50,196 nt of DNA, taken from assembly GCA_964418515.1 (NCBI GenBank), contig CAYQLK010000003.1, positions 1 through 50,196 on the forward strand. The letters run 5' to 3'. This DNA is from an uncultured Gammaproteobacteria bacterium (GTDB taxonomy: Bacteria > Patescibacteriota > Microgenomatia > CAYQLK01). The notes under the pieces are model-generated. The model was not told the DNA's origin. It did not search any database and saw only the letters and a list, made by a program, of their open reading frames with translations. Positions 1 to 8,692 of this stretch are shown in pieces. The position numbers and the translations under genes were made by a program. How positions within the stretch are numbered: the first letter of the stretch is position 1; each line of letters starts with the position of its first letter.

Positions 1-78
1 AGGGGTTTTGATTTGGGGAGGAGGAAGGAATAGAGTCTATTACCTAGGCGAAACTAAAACTCGGAGGAGTGCAGTACT

Positions 79-315
79 GTGGCTGACAAAAACTTCATCA
101 AATTGTTCAGCAACGGCTCGCCAGAATGTCTGGCGATCATCGAGGAACTGACGAAACAAGGACGAGACTTCGTTGCCATATCGGCTGTGGCAACCGACGA
201 ATGGCCTGTGCCGAGAACGGAACTGTTGTATTTCACCTTCTACGGGTACAACAACATTCGGCGGTATCTACTGCCCGAACTCCCCGCAAGTTACGAGCTT
301 GTAGCAGTTTCGTAA
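79..315 (+). CDS. hypothetical 78-aa protein in the GC-rich left-edge segment; possible thioredoxin/glutaredoxin-like fold with SPEC where CxxC would sit
   Basis: GTG start lies 10 nt after GGAGG (64-68). The layout IKLFS / SPEC / LAIIEELTKQG / DFVAISAV / WPVP resembles Grx/NrdH secondary-structure order. A hairpin follows at 325-347. The fold assignment is by eye only. Confidence 0.4.
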   Translation: MADKNFIKLFSNGSPECLAIIEELTKQGRDFVAISAVATDEWPVPRTELLYFTFYGYNNIRRYLLPELPASYELVAVS

Positions 316-324
316 TCATCCCCT

Positions 325-350
325 GCGCCACCTTAAATAAGTGGCGCTTT
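325..350 (+). terminator. hairpin GCGCCAC-N9-GTGGCGC followed by TTT, just after the 78-aa ORF stop
   Basis: Perfect 7-bp inverted repeat at 325-331 / 341-347, then TTT. The T-run is short, so this is a weak intrinsic terminator. Confidence 0.35.
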
Positions 351-481
351 AAATAGTTACTCGCTCGAAGTCATAAAAATTATGGCTCCACCAAATTTTT
401 CCTTTTTCTCACTACGTCCTGCGAATCAGGACACCTGATTCTTAGGCGGCGCCTTTTTCTGTCTTTGTTGTTACCTGGTTC

Positions 482-2215
482 TCAAGAAATTTTTTGATCG
501 GTGGAGCCTGGAGTGTCGTCGTCTATTAAGGTAGTAACTACGCCAGTTTGAGGAGTTTCTTTTCTAATGGTTGAGCGGATTTTTCTGGCAAGTGACCAGA
601 AAAGACGAATTTCTTCGACTCTTAAAATATGCGTTAAGAATAAATAAACTGTAAAACCAGCGGTGGTAGAAATACCTGTAAGAATAATTAGATTAACGGT
701 TTTGGTGGTGTCAAAAATAAGCTGATCAAGAAGTTTGATGGGGATGTACAAACTAAGGGCCATAAAAAATCCTGCGGTAAATATTTTGAATGCCGGAAGA
801 AGTAGTTCGCGACGGGAGAATTTGCCAACTTTACGATCAAGAAAAATAATCAACAAGGTTAGATTGATAATTGCTGAAATCGAACCCGATAATCCCAATG
901 CCCAAACGGGAAGGGTTAATATTTTGACAAAAATTAAGCTTAAAACAATATTTGTTCCGACAGAAATTAAGCCAATTTTTAGTGGAGTTACCGTATCGTG
1001 AAACGCATAAAACGCACGAACAATTAGCAATAAAACGCTTTGGGCAGCTATTCCAAACGAAAGTGTGGCGAGTGTTCTACCAGTTAGTACCGTTGCTGGC
1101 CAATCAAACTCGCTGGCACCAAAAATAAGTCTAACTAAAGGAATTCTTAGAACAATTAAACAAATTGCAGCTGGTACGACCAAAAAAAGCATTTGATGCA
1201 TTGAGGTCAGAATTGTTTTCTTGAAAGCTTCAATGTTGTTTTTGGCATACTCAAGAGAAAGCGCTGGAAGTGCTGCTTGGGCAATTGTGGCACCAAAAAG
1301 TCCGATTGGAACAACATACAGGTGACTAGCAAAATTAAAAGCAACAACGCTTTTGGCAGAAATAATAGAAGCTAAAGCAATATCAACTGTTTCGTTTATT
1401 TGGGAAGCAAACATTCCAACACTACGAGGAAGACCGAGACGCAGAAGTTTGACGAGGCTTGGTTCTTTGAAATTGAGAACGAATTGATAATTAAAACCTG
1501 AGGCATAGATTGCTGGAACCTGAATCAAAAAATGCATAATTGCACCCAAAACGACACCAATGGCTGGACCATAAATACCGAGATTGTTGGAGAGCAGTAC
1601 TGCGCCTAAAATAATGCCTAAGTTGTAGAAAACAGGAGCAAGAGCGGGAATCAAAAATCTTTGGCTCGACTGTAAAATTCCTGTAAAAAAACTAGAAACA
1701 GCTAAAAATATTTGGGAGATAATCATTACCCTTGTTAGGTTGACCAGAGTTGCATGTTGAGCTGGATCGGCAACTAACCCTGGAGCAATTAAAGCAACAA
1801 GTGGCTCAACAAAGATAAAACAAACCAAAGAAATTGCCACAAAGAATAAAAAGGCGATATTAATAATGTTACTAACCGTGCTCCAGAGTTTTTTGGCTTC
1901 TTGTTTTTGGGAAAGATCGGTAAAAATTGGAATAAACGAAACGGTAATTGTTCCAAATATCAAAACTTGAAAAATAAAGTCTGGCAGACGAAAAGCTGCC
2001 AAGTATGCGGCCAAATCTGGACCTGAACCAAAATATGCGGCAAGTAATCGGTCTCTGACTAACCCTAATATTCTGGAAGCCAGTGAAAGCCCCATAATAA
2101 GGAAAGCAGCTGAAAGAATTGATTTCTGCTTACGAAAAAGAAACTGTTGTGCCGCTTTGAGAGCTTTGGATTGCGATTGGGCTTTTGGCATCTGAGTTTT
2201 ATTGGTTTTTGACAT
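482..2215 (-). CDS. murJ: lipid II flippase MurJ/MviN
   Basis: 577 aa polytopic membrane protein. The N-terminal SRILGLVRDRLLAAYFG motif is typical of the MviN/MurJ family. TGA stop. Confidence 0.9.
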   Translation of the reverse strand: MSKTNKTQMPKAQSQSKALKAAQQFLFRKQKSILSAAFLIMGLSLASRILGLVRDRLLAAYFGSGPDLAAYLAAFRLPDFIFQVLIFGTITVSFIPIFTDLSQKQEAKKLWSTVSNIINIAFLFFVAISLVCFIFVEPLVALIAPGLVADPAQHATLVNLTRVMIISQIFLAVSSFFTGILQSSQRFLIPALAPVFYNLGIILGAVLLSNNLGIYGPAIGVVLGAIMHFLIQVPAIYASGFNYQFVLNFKEPSLVKLLRLGLPRSVGMFASQINETVDIALASIISAKSVVAFNFASHLYVVPIGLFGATIAQAALPALSLEYAKNNIEAFKKTILTSMHQMLFLVVPAAICLIVLRIPLVRLIFGASEFDWPATVLTGRTLATLSFGIAAQSVLLLIVRAFYAFHDTVTPLKIGLISVGTNIVLSLIFVKILTLPVWALGLSGSISAIINLTLLIIFLDRKVGKFSRRELLLPAFKIFTAGFFMALSLYIPIKLLDQLIFDTTKTVNLIILTGISTTAGFTVYLFLTHILRVEEIRLFWSLARKIRSTIRKETPQTGVVTTLIDDDTPGSTDQKIS

Positions 2216-2479
2216 TAAAAATGTTTAGGGTGTAATTGTTTTGACGGCAAGATTGTATAGAAGCACTAGAATTAAGTATATAGCTTGCGTTTTGACAGCC
2301 TCAAGTGCTAGAATTGCGCAGCTTCGGAGTTAAAGTTAAAACTCTAAGGCAGTGAGTGCCTCTTAAGAATTACTCGCTAAAAATAATTTGAAATTCTGCT
2401 TCCAGCAAATTTCACTTTAATTTTAGCTATGTCTTCTAATTGGCATTTAATTTTATTTATAAAATTATTTAATTGAATA

Positions 2480-2785
2480 ATGCCAATTATTAAGTCAGCG
2501 ATTAAAAAAATGCGTCAGGACAAGGTCCGAACCGCACGAAATGCAAAAATAAAATCAAATATTAAAAGAGTTTTGAAGAATGTCCGCAAGGATGTTGCTA
2601 ACCCAAAACTTGGATCTGAAGTTTTTTCAACTTTGGACAGAGCAAGTAAAAAGGGATTTATTTCTAAGAGAAAAGCCTCAAGACTCAAATCTAGAATGGC
2701 AAAAGCTGCTTCAAAAGTTAGCACAGCTACAGTTGCCAAATCTCCTGTTAAGACAACCAAAACGGTTGTTAAAAAATCCAAATAA
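2480..2785 (+). CDS. rpsT: 30S ribosomal protein S20
   Basis: MPIIKSAIKKMRQDKVRTARN start, 101 aa, very basic. This is the classic S20 N-terminus. Confidence 0.9.
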   Translation: MPIIKSAIKKMRQDKVRTARNAKIKSNIKRVLKNVRKDVANPKLGSEVFSTLDRASKKGFISKRKASRLKSRMAKAASKVSTATVAKSPVKTTKTVVKKSK

Positions 2786-2845
2786 TTAGCTTAAAATAGT
2801 TTTTTAGAGGTTGCCAAAAGTCTCCTGCTTTGGTAAATTTACCCT

Positions 2846-3076
2846 ATGAGAAAGTTAACTGCCTTGCCACTTGCGGCTGCAACATATTTAACCCAAGTAT
2901 CTGGCGCATTTGCGGCTGGAACAACTCCAGCTAAGGTAGCTACCCCCTCCTCTTCCACAGCTAGTTCAACTTTGCCAAACACTGGCGTTTTTGAACCAAC
3001 CGTATTGGTTTTTGTAGCTGCTGTAGGACTATTGTTTGTTGGGGCGTACTACGTAAATCGCGCTTTTTCGAAATAG
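2846..3076 (+). CDS. minimal LPXTG-type sortase substrate (signal peptide, 23-aa S/T/P/A-rich segment up to the sortase cleavage site, LPNTG, TM helix, basic tail)
   Basis: Signal peptide MRKLTALPLAAATYLTQVSGAFA. LPNTG is encoded at 2972-2986, followed by the hydrophobic stretch VFEPTVLVFVAAVGLLFVGAYYV and the tail NRAFSK. Confidence 0.7.
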   Translation: MRKLTALPLAAATYLTQVSGAFAAGTTPAKVATPSSSTASSTLPNTGVFEPTVLVFVAAVGLLFVGAYYVNRAFSK

Positions 3077-3162
3077 ATATTATTTTCCTATTTTTTGGGA
3101 ACAGAATTGGTGAGTGACTAGAATTGAATAATTTTGGTTGCTTGCTTTTTTTGTGGAAAAAA

Positions 3163-4368
3163 CTAGTTAGACGGAGTCGGCGTTGGAACTGGATAAAGTG
3201 TGTCTTGAATAAATTTGTGAATTTGATCAAGACTACCTGAAGCTGGGGTTAAAACGTACTGGAGACCGTAGGTATTCGAGATGGGTGGATTAATAAGCAG
3301 AGGGTTATCACCATCGGTTGAGATAACTGAAGAGGATATTTGCCCTGCTCTTGCCTGTTGGAATAATTCAAAAAAGTCTGGGAATTCTGAAGGTGAAATA
3401 TTAGTGTCGATTGACTGACTAAAAGCATTGTAAAGTGAAAGAATCTTAGTTGGATTAAAAACCCCCTCGAGTGAGAAGATTTTGTCTTTGACTGCACTAA
3501 TTACTTTTTCTTGACGTTTGGAGCGAGCAAAGTCGGAGTTTTCGTCATTAGTACCTTTTCTGGAACGAACATATTTAAGCGCTGTTTGTCCATCCATATG
3601 AGTAAGTCCTGCCTCAAAATGCAGATGCTCGTACCTGCAAGTGAAAGGGTCCTCGCCCTCTACTATTTGATTATTGGAATCAAGAAGCTTAACTCTTCCA
3701 ACTCCATCTCCGTCTGTAACGGTTTCGTATTTTAGACCACACATGTTTTTTTCTTCGCCACTAATTGGATACATGTAATCATCGAAGGTTTGGTCGACTA
3801 TGATATCGACACCACCAAGTTCGTCTATAGCTCTGGTAAAGCCATTAAAGTCTAGGCGAACAACATAGTGGATCGGTACACCTAATATCTCACTGACAGC
3901 GTCTGAGGCTTGAGTAATGCCCTGGGTTTTGCTTTTTTCAACACCAAACGCATAAGCGGTATTGATCTTGGCTTTTATGGAATCGACCCAAAAATCTCTA
4001 GGGATAGAAATTAAGTTAGTGTTTTTGGTGTTCTGATTGTAGGAAGCAAGAATAAGTGTGTCAGTAAGGTTGGGACCATCGTGGCCTTCCCCACCAGTAC
4101 CAAGAATGAGGATATTGGTCCTACCTCGGTCATTAATTATATTTGGGCCAGAATTGATAATAGGATTGTTGAGAATACTCTGTGTGGCATTTCTTAAATG
4201 AGGAATAAAAAATGATGCTACTGCTAAAACAAAAAAACCAATTAATATCAGTCCAATTATTTTAAGTTTGCGAGAGGATTTTGCACTAACTTTGTCGGAT
4301 TTTGTATGCGTACTTGCACTGATAACTTTCCCCCTTTTTTTAGTAGGGGTTGAATTAAGGCTTTGCAT
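3163..4368 (-). CDS. LytR-CpsA-Psr (LCP) family cell-envelope glycopolymer transferase
   Basis: N-terminal TM anchor, then RTNILILGTGGEGHDGPNLTDTLILASY and ISIPRD motifs typical of LCP domains. The start overlaps the tpiA stop (TAATG). Confidence 0.85.
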   Translation of the reverse strand: MQSLNSTPTKKRGKVISASTHTKSDKVSAKSSRKLKIIGLILIGFFVLAVASFFIPHLRNATQSILNNPIINSGPNIINDRGRTNILILGTGGEGHDGPNLTDTLILASYNQNTKNTNLISIPRDFWVDSIKAKINTAYAFGVEKSKTQGITQASDAVSEILGVPIHYVVRLDFNGFTRAIDELGGVDIIVDQTFDDYMYPISGEEKNMCGLKYETVTDGDGVGRVKLLDSNNQIVEGEDPFTCRYEHLHFEAGLTHMDGQTALKYVRSRKGTNDENSDFARSKRQEKVISAVKDKIFSLEGVFNPTKILSLYNAFSQSIDTNISPSEFPDFFELFQQARAGQISSSVISTDGDNPLLINPPISNTYGLQYVLTPASGSLDQIHKFIQDTLYPVPTPTPSN

Positions 4369-5030
4369 TATTTGCAGAGATTAATTATTTGGTTAAATAA
4401 ATTGATATCAGTTGAAGCTTTGCCAACTAGAGCGCCGTCGATATTTTCTGCATCAAAAAAATCTTTAATGTTTTCAACAGTGACACTGCCACCATACAAC
4501 ACAGTCTGACAACCAGTTATTTCTTTGATTTTTGTAATTTTTTCACTTGCGACTTTACCGGTTAATGGCTGGGCACCTGGGTTGGTTGAAATTGATTCTT
4601 CCGGTTCGAAAGCCAAAACTAAATCTGAGTAATCCCCCAACCTTTCGGTGGTGAGTTCAGAATAATTACCACAGACTATTGGATGAATATTTTGCCCTCT
4701 TAGATTCTCAACTTTTAGCTGGATATCTTCGGCGGTAACGCCAAAAAGTCGGCGAGTTTCGGAGTGTCCAACAAGTGAGTATTTGGCCAAACCTTGGATG
4801 ATTTCGGCAGGAACTTGTCCAGTAAAGGCACCAATGGTTTTAACTGAAACATCTTGAGCACCTAGGGAAATATTGCCAGAAACCGGCAAATTTGCAATTG
4901 CTCCAAGTACAGGGAAACTGGGACAGACAACAATTTCTAGAGAAGAATCGGAGATATTTGTAAACCAATCACTTGCCTGATCAACGGTAAGGTTAGCCTT
5001 CCAGTTGGCGACAAGCATGAAATTTTTCAT
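4368..5030 (-). CDS. tpiA: triosephosphate isomerase (short, 220 aa)
   Basis: ANWKAN, GAQDV, GAFTGQV, VGHSETR, FEPEE and YGGSV motifs appear in TPI order. Confidence 0.85.
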   Translation of the reverse strand: MKNFMLVANWKANLTVDQASDWFTNISDSSLEIVVCPSFPVLGAIANLPVSGNISLGAQDVSVKTIGAFTGQVPAEIIQGLAKYSLVGHSETRRLFGVTAEDIQLKVENLRGQNIHPIVCGNYSELTTERLGDYSDLVLAFEPEESISTNPGAQPLTGKVASEKITKIKEITGCQTVLYGGSVTVENIKDFFDAENIDGALVGKASTDINLFNQIINLCK

Positions 5031-5035
5031 AATTT

Positions 5036-5302
5036 TCAGACGAGATTATCTGAAAGAAATTTGTCGAATTTGTCTGGAGTGGTTGCACCAAGATGACGAG
5101 CAACTTCTACATCGTCTTTTAGAATAATGTAGGTTGGGATTGAAGCAACGTTGTATTTAATGGAGTCGTCAGGTGTTTCGTCGACATTTATTTCTACGAA
5201 CTCTATCTTCCCATCGTATTTTTTCTTCATATCTTCAATAATAGGATGCATCAGTTTGCATGGGCCACACCACTCTGCCCAGAAATCAAGGAGTTTAATC
5301 AT
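5036..5302 (-). CDS. trxA: thioredoxin
   Basis: 88 aa with the WAEWCGPCK active site. Confidence 0.9.
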   Translation of the reverse strand: MIKLLDFWAEWCGPCKLMHPIIEDMKKKYDGKIEFVEINVDETPDDSIKYNVASIPTYIILKDDVEVARHLGATTPDKFDKFLSDNLV

Positions 5303-5330
5303 ATTTTTAAAAAACTTAGAATACTTTTAT

Positions 5331-7112
5331 ATGGATAATAAGGAAATTTTAGCAGGTCTAAATACAGCACAACAAGAAGCGGTTAAAAAAACTGATGGCC
5401 CAGTACTGGTTTTGGCTGGAGCTGGGAGCGGAAAAACTAAGGTTTTGACTCAGAAGCTTTGCTATATTCTGTCCAACAAACTTGCCTATCCTTCAGAAAT
5501 ATTAATGGTAACGTTTACGAATAAGGCGGCAGCGGAAATGAAGGAAAGAGTTGTTAAGCTGTTGGGGGAAAATTCTGATTTGCCTTTTATGGGGACTTTT
5601 CACTCATACGGCGCGAGGTTTTTGAGAATTGAGGGTCAGCACACGGGATTATCTTCAAATTTTGTGATTTATGACGAAAAAGATAGTGTCGAATTAATTG
5701 GTACAGTGATGGAAGAGCTAAACATTGGTACCAAAACCACCAAACCCCAAGCTGTTAAATACAATATTAGTAGTGCAAAAAACGAAATGGTTTCGGCCAA
5801 GGAATATTTGGGATATGCCAAAGGTTATTTTCAGGAAACGGTCGCAAAAGTTTATTTGGGATACGAGCAAAAAATGCAGGAAGTGAACGCGGTTGATTTT
5901 GATGATTTGCTAAAAAAAGTAGTTGACCTATTAAAAACAAATTCCGAACTAAAAGAAAAATATTCCAAAAGATATAAATATGTTTTGGTTGATGAATATC
6001 AAGACGTTAATGCGGCCCAGTATCAATTAACAAAAATACTATCTAGTAAACATGGGAATATTACAGTTGTTGGTGATGCTTCTCAGGCGATTTATGCTTT
6101 TCGGGGAGCTGATTTTCGAAATATTGTTAATTTTGAAAAAGATTTTAAGGATGTGGAAGTTATCAACTTGGAGGAAAATTACAGATCAACAAACACGATT
6201 TTGTCTGCAGCTAATACAGTTATTTCGCAAAACAGAAGCCATCCAGTGTTAAAACTTTGGACCAAAAATGGACAAGGAGAATTAATTAGACTTATTCAAG
6301 CACCAGACGAACAAGCAGAAGGAAATATTATTGCCTCGGTCATTATTAATTCTGGAAGAGATTTTGATGACTTTGCAATCCTCTATCGAACAAATGCTCA
6401 ATCTCGCTCAATTGAAGAGTCATTAATAAAAAGCGGCGTGCCATACAACCTTGTTGGTGGGGTTAGGTTTTATGACAGAAAAGAAATAAAAGATGTGTTG
6501 GCATATATGCGAATGATTGCCAATGAAAAAGATTTGGTAGCAAGGGAAAGAGTTATGAAATTGGGTAAAAGAAAATATCAGCAATTTATTTTAAGAGTCG
6601 ATGAAATAAATAAAGAGCATCCGCCATCAGAAATATTGTCGTCGGTACTAGAGATAAGTGATTATCTATCAAGGTTTGATGAAAAAGACCCTGAAGAAGC
6701 AGGAAGGGTTGAAAATATTAGGGAGCTTTCTTCGGTGGCTGAGAAGTTTGATAACTTGGATGAATTTTTGGAAAATGTGGCGCTTATGGAATCAGGGTCT
6801 GACTTAAGAAAAAACGGTGAGCATACTTCTGAAGTGACATTGATGACAATCCATTCGGCTAAAGGGTTGGAATTCCCTGTGGTTTTTATGACCGGCATGG
6901 AAGAAGGATTATTCCCCCATTCCAGATCTCTTATCGACCCAGCACAGCTCGAGGAAGAAAGAAGGCTTTGTTATGTTGGGATGACCAGAGCAAAAGAAGT
7001 ATTGTTTTTGACTTACACCTCTAATCGACTATATTTTGGCGTAAGAGGAAGTAGTATTCCGTCAAGATTTTTGGGTGATTTGCCGGAAGATTTGGTTAAA
7101 AATCTATCGTAG
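5331..7112 (+). CDS. UvrD/PcrA-family ATP-dependent DNA helicase (compact, 593 aa)
   Basis: GAGSGKT (motif I), DEYQDVN (II), GDASQAIYAFRGA (III) and YVGMTRAKE (VI). I set the start at the internal ATG 5331 (MDNKEILAGLN) because the 5151 start would run antisense through trxA. Confidence 0.85.
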   Translation: MDNKEILAGLNTAQQEAVKKTDGPVLVLAGAGSGKTKVLTQKLCYILSNKLAYPSEILMVTFTNKAAAEMKERVVKLLGENSDLPFMGTFHSYGARFLRIEGQHTGLSSNFVIYDEKDSVELIGTVMEELNIGTKTTKPQAVKYNISSAKNEMVSAKEYLGYAKGYFQETVAKVYLGYEQKMQEVNAVDFDDLLKKVVDLLKTNSELKEKYSKRYKYVLVDEYQDVNAAQYQLTKILSSKHGNITVVGDASQAIYAFRGADFRNIVNFEKDFKDVEVINLEENYRSTNTILSAANTVISQNRSHPVLKLWTKNGQGELIRLIQAPDEQAEGNIIASVIINSGRDFDDFAILYRTNAQSRSIEESLIKSGVPYNLVGGVRFYDRKEIKDVLAYMRMIANEKDLVARERVMKLGKRKYQQFILRVDEINKEHPPSEILSSVLEISDYLSRFDEKDPEEAGRVENIRELSSVAEKFDNLDEFLENVALMESGSDLRKNGEHTSEVTLMTIHSAKGLEFPVVFMTGMEEGLFPHSRSLIDPAQLEEERRLCYVGMTRAKEVLFLTYTSNRLYFGVRGSSIPSRFLGDLPEDLVKNLS

Positions 7113-7137
7113 CTAAAAAAAGTTTAGAATAGAGAAA

Positions 7138-8133
7138 ATGATTAGGATTGCACAAATAAAGGACAAAAAAAGATTTAGTGAGTCAGCAAAGCACGTCATG
7201 CAGAGTTGGGAGTGGGGTGAATTCCGAGAAAAGACAGGCAACAAAATATTGCGAATAATTGAAGAGAACGATAAAAATTGGAATGTTTTTTCTTTGACGG
7301 TACACAGTGTCCCAAAAACTAAGTTTAATATTGGCTATATGCCAAAATCCATTTGGCCGAGTGAACAAGTTTTGGTTTTTTTGGAAGGCTTGGCTAGAAA
7401 AGAAAATATTGTTTTTATAAAAATTGAGCCAGATGTAGAAATTGAAAAATTTAAGTTAAAAAAATCAAAAATAAAAATCTTAAAAAGTTCTAAAGATATC
7501 TTTGCAAAAAGTACATTTTTGGTTGATTTAACAAAACCTGAAGAAGACCTGTTTAGAAACCTTAATCAAAAAACCCGCTATAACGTACGCGTTGCCCAAA
7601 AAAATAATGTTGTGATTGAAGTTGGTGACAAGATTGATGATTTTGTAAAACTTCAAAAAGAGACTGCAAAAAGAAATGGATTTTATTTACACCCTGACTC
7701 GTACTACAAAACAGTTTTTGAGCTATTTGCAGAGAAAAAGATGGCAAAGATAATTAGTGCTAAATATAAAGGAAAAATTTTGACTTCTTGGATGTTGTTT
7801 ATTTTTAAGGATGTTTGGTATTACCCGTATGGCGGATCTAGTTCTGAACAGCGTAATTTGATGCACTCGAACTTAGTTGCTTGGGAAGCAATAAAATTGG
7901 CTAAACGCGAAGGTGGAAAAGTATTTGATATGTGGGGAGCGTTGGGAAAAAATCCAAATGAAAAAGATCCTTGGTATGGATTTCACCGTTTTAAGTCTGG
8001 TTATGGCGGAGAGTTGGTTGAATATCCTGGAGCTTACGATTTGGTTGTAAATCAAAAAATGTATCTACTAATGAACACAGTTGATAAAGCTAGATGGATA
8101 TTTCTTAGATTAAAAAAGAGGGTGGCTGCCTAG
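7138..8133 (+). CDS. FemAB-family peptidoglycan interpeptide-bridge aminoacyltransferase (FemX/MurM-like)
   Basis: 331 aa. The size and the YNVR..AQK.., LHPDSYY and W.YPYGGSS.. pattern resemble the lipid II:aminoacyl-tRNA transferase family. Recognised by eye. Confidence 0.65.
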   Translation: MIRIAQIKDKKRFSESAKHVMQSWEWGEFREKTGNKILRIIEENDKNWNVFSLTVHSVPKTKFNIGYMPKSIWPSEQVLVFLEGLARKENIVFIKIEPDVEIEKFKLKKSKIKILKSSKDIFAKSTFLVDLTKPEEDLFRNLNQKTRYNVRVAQKNNVVIEVGDKIDDFVKLQKETAKRNGFYLHPDSYYKTVFELFAEKKMAKIISAKYKGKILTSWMLFIFKDVWYYPYGGSSSEQRNLMHSNLVAWEAIKLAKREGGKVFDMWGALGKNPNEKDPWYGFHRFKSGYGGELVEYPGAYDLVVNQKMYLLMNTVDKARWIFLRLKKRVAA

Positions 8134-8158
8134 TCAAAAAAGACTAAACAACCACCCT
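8112..8158 (-). terminator. hairpin plus T6 terminator for the GC-rich cassette, overlapping the FemAB-family gene stop codon
   Basis: On the minus strand: AGGGTGG (8158-8152), an inner hairpin TAGTC-T6-GACTA, CCACCCT (8125-8119), then C TTTTTT (8117-8112). On the plus strand the same stem follows the FemAB-family stop, so it could act in both directions. Confidence 0.45.
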
Positions 8159-8177
8159 TAGGGTTTGGGCAAAAAAG

Positions 8178-8549
8178 TTACCGCGCCTTGGCCTTGGCAC
8201 CAACGCGATATTTCTGCAGGATTCGATCGACACCTTCGACGAGGGCGCGCTTTTGGAGCGGCTCCAAACCTGTGAAACCTGGAGTGACCAGGTGTTGATT
8301 TGGCTTGATCTGTTGGGCGTCCTGATGCCAACCTGGATAGTTTTCCAGCTCGAAAGCAAAAACTCCCTCGATCGCAAGAGCGACCTCTTCGACCTTATCG
8401 TCGGGAAGAAGCTGCCGGCGATCGTAAGTTGGCACAGGTCGAAGTGTGTTGATTCGGCCTTGATTCATCAGCCTCCAGATACTTTGGAGCCATGCCGTGA
8501 CTTCTTGCACGGCTTCTTCGCGCCGACTTTCGACTTGTGTAACTTTCAT
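8178..8549 (-). CDS. hypothetical 123-aa protein (GC-rich cassette, distal gene)
   Basis: Open frame with high GC3. Its ATG overlaps the stop of the upstream 48-aa ORF (ATGA). No motif recognised. Basic tail GAKAKAR. Confidence 0.55.
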   Translation of the reverse strand: MKVTQVESRREEAVQEVTAWLQSIWRLMNQGRINTLRPVPTYDRRQLLPDDKVEEVALAIEGVFAFELENYPGWHQDAQQIKPNQHLVTPGFTGLEPLQKRALVEGVDRILQKYRVGAKAKAR

Positions 8550-8692
8550 GGCAAAAGTGGCTCCAGGGTGCGGATGATCTTGTCCTTCTGATCGGGACAG
8601 ATTCGATCTGGGCGCATCGGCATGGGTTTTGACGGTGAGAATGGGGTGGTTGAAGGTGAGGTTCGGGTCGGTGTGGTGGATGGACTGGGCAT
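8546..8692 (-). CDS. possible 48-aa small ORF (MPSPSTTPTRTSPSTTPFSPSKPMPMRPDRICPDQKDKIIRTLEPLLP), below the ORF-track cutoff
   Basis: I translated it by hand. ATG is at 8692, GGAGG (8710-8706) lies 13 nt upstream, and the TGA stop overlaps the next ATG. The N-terminal half may only be a by-product of a C-rich, G-poor tract. Confidence 0.3.
   Translation of the reverse strand: MPSPSTTPTRTSPSTTPFSPSKPMPMRPDRICPDQKDKIIRTLEPLLP

Noticed and set aside
384-508. 9-nt inverted repeat GGCTCCACC (384-392) / GGTGGAGCC (500-508) spanning the murJ stop, considered as a possible insertion boundary or tRNA-like acceptor end
   Set aside because: A 9-mer inverted repeat within about 120 nt is expected by chance many times in 50 kb. 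The second arm lies in murJ coding sequence, and no cloverleaf or T-loop sequence is nearby.
5151-5330. N-terminal 60-codon extension of the helicase ORF
   Set aside because: It runs antisense through trxA and encodes hydrophobic low-complexity sequence. The conserved helicase N-terminus begins at ATG 5331.
8253-8591. 112-aa plus-strand ORF (and the 77-aa ORF 8144-8377) inside the GC-rich cassette
   Set aside because: High GC inflates ORF length on both strands. These ORFs lack an RBS and overlap the minus-strand genes, which have SD sites and ATGA coupling. I cannot fully exclude them without codon-bias statistics.
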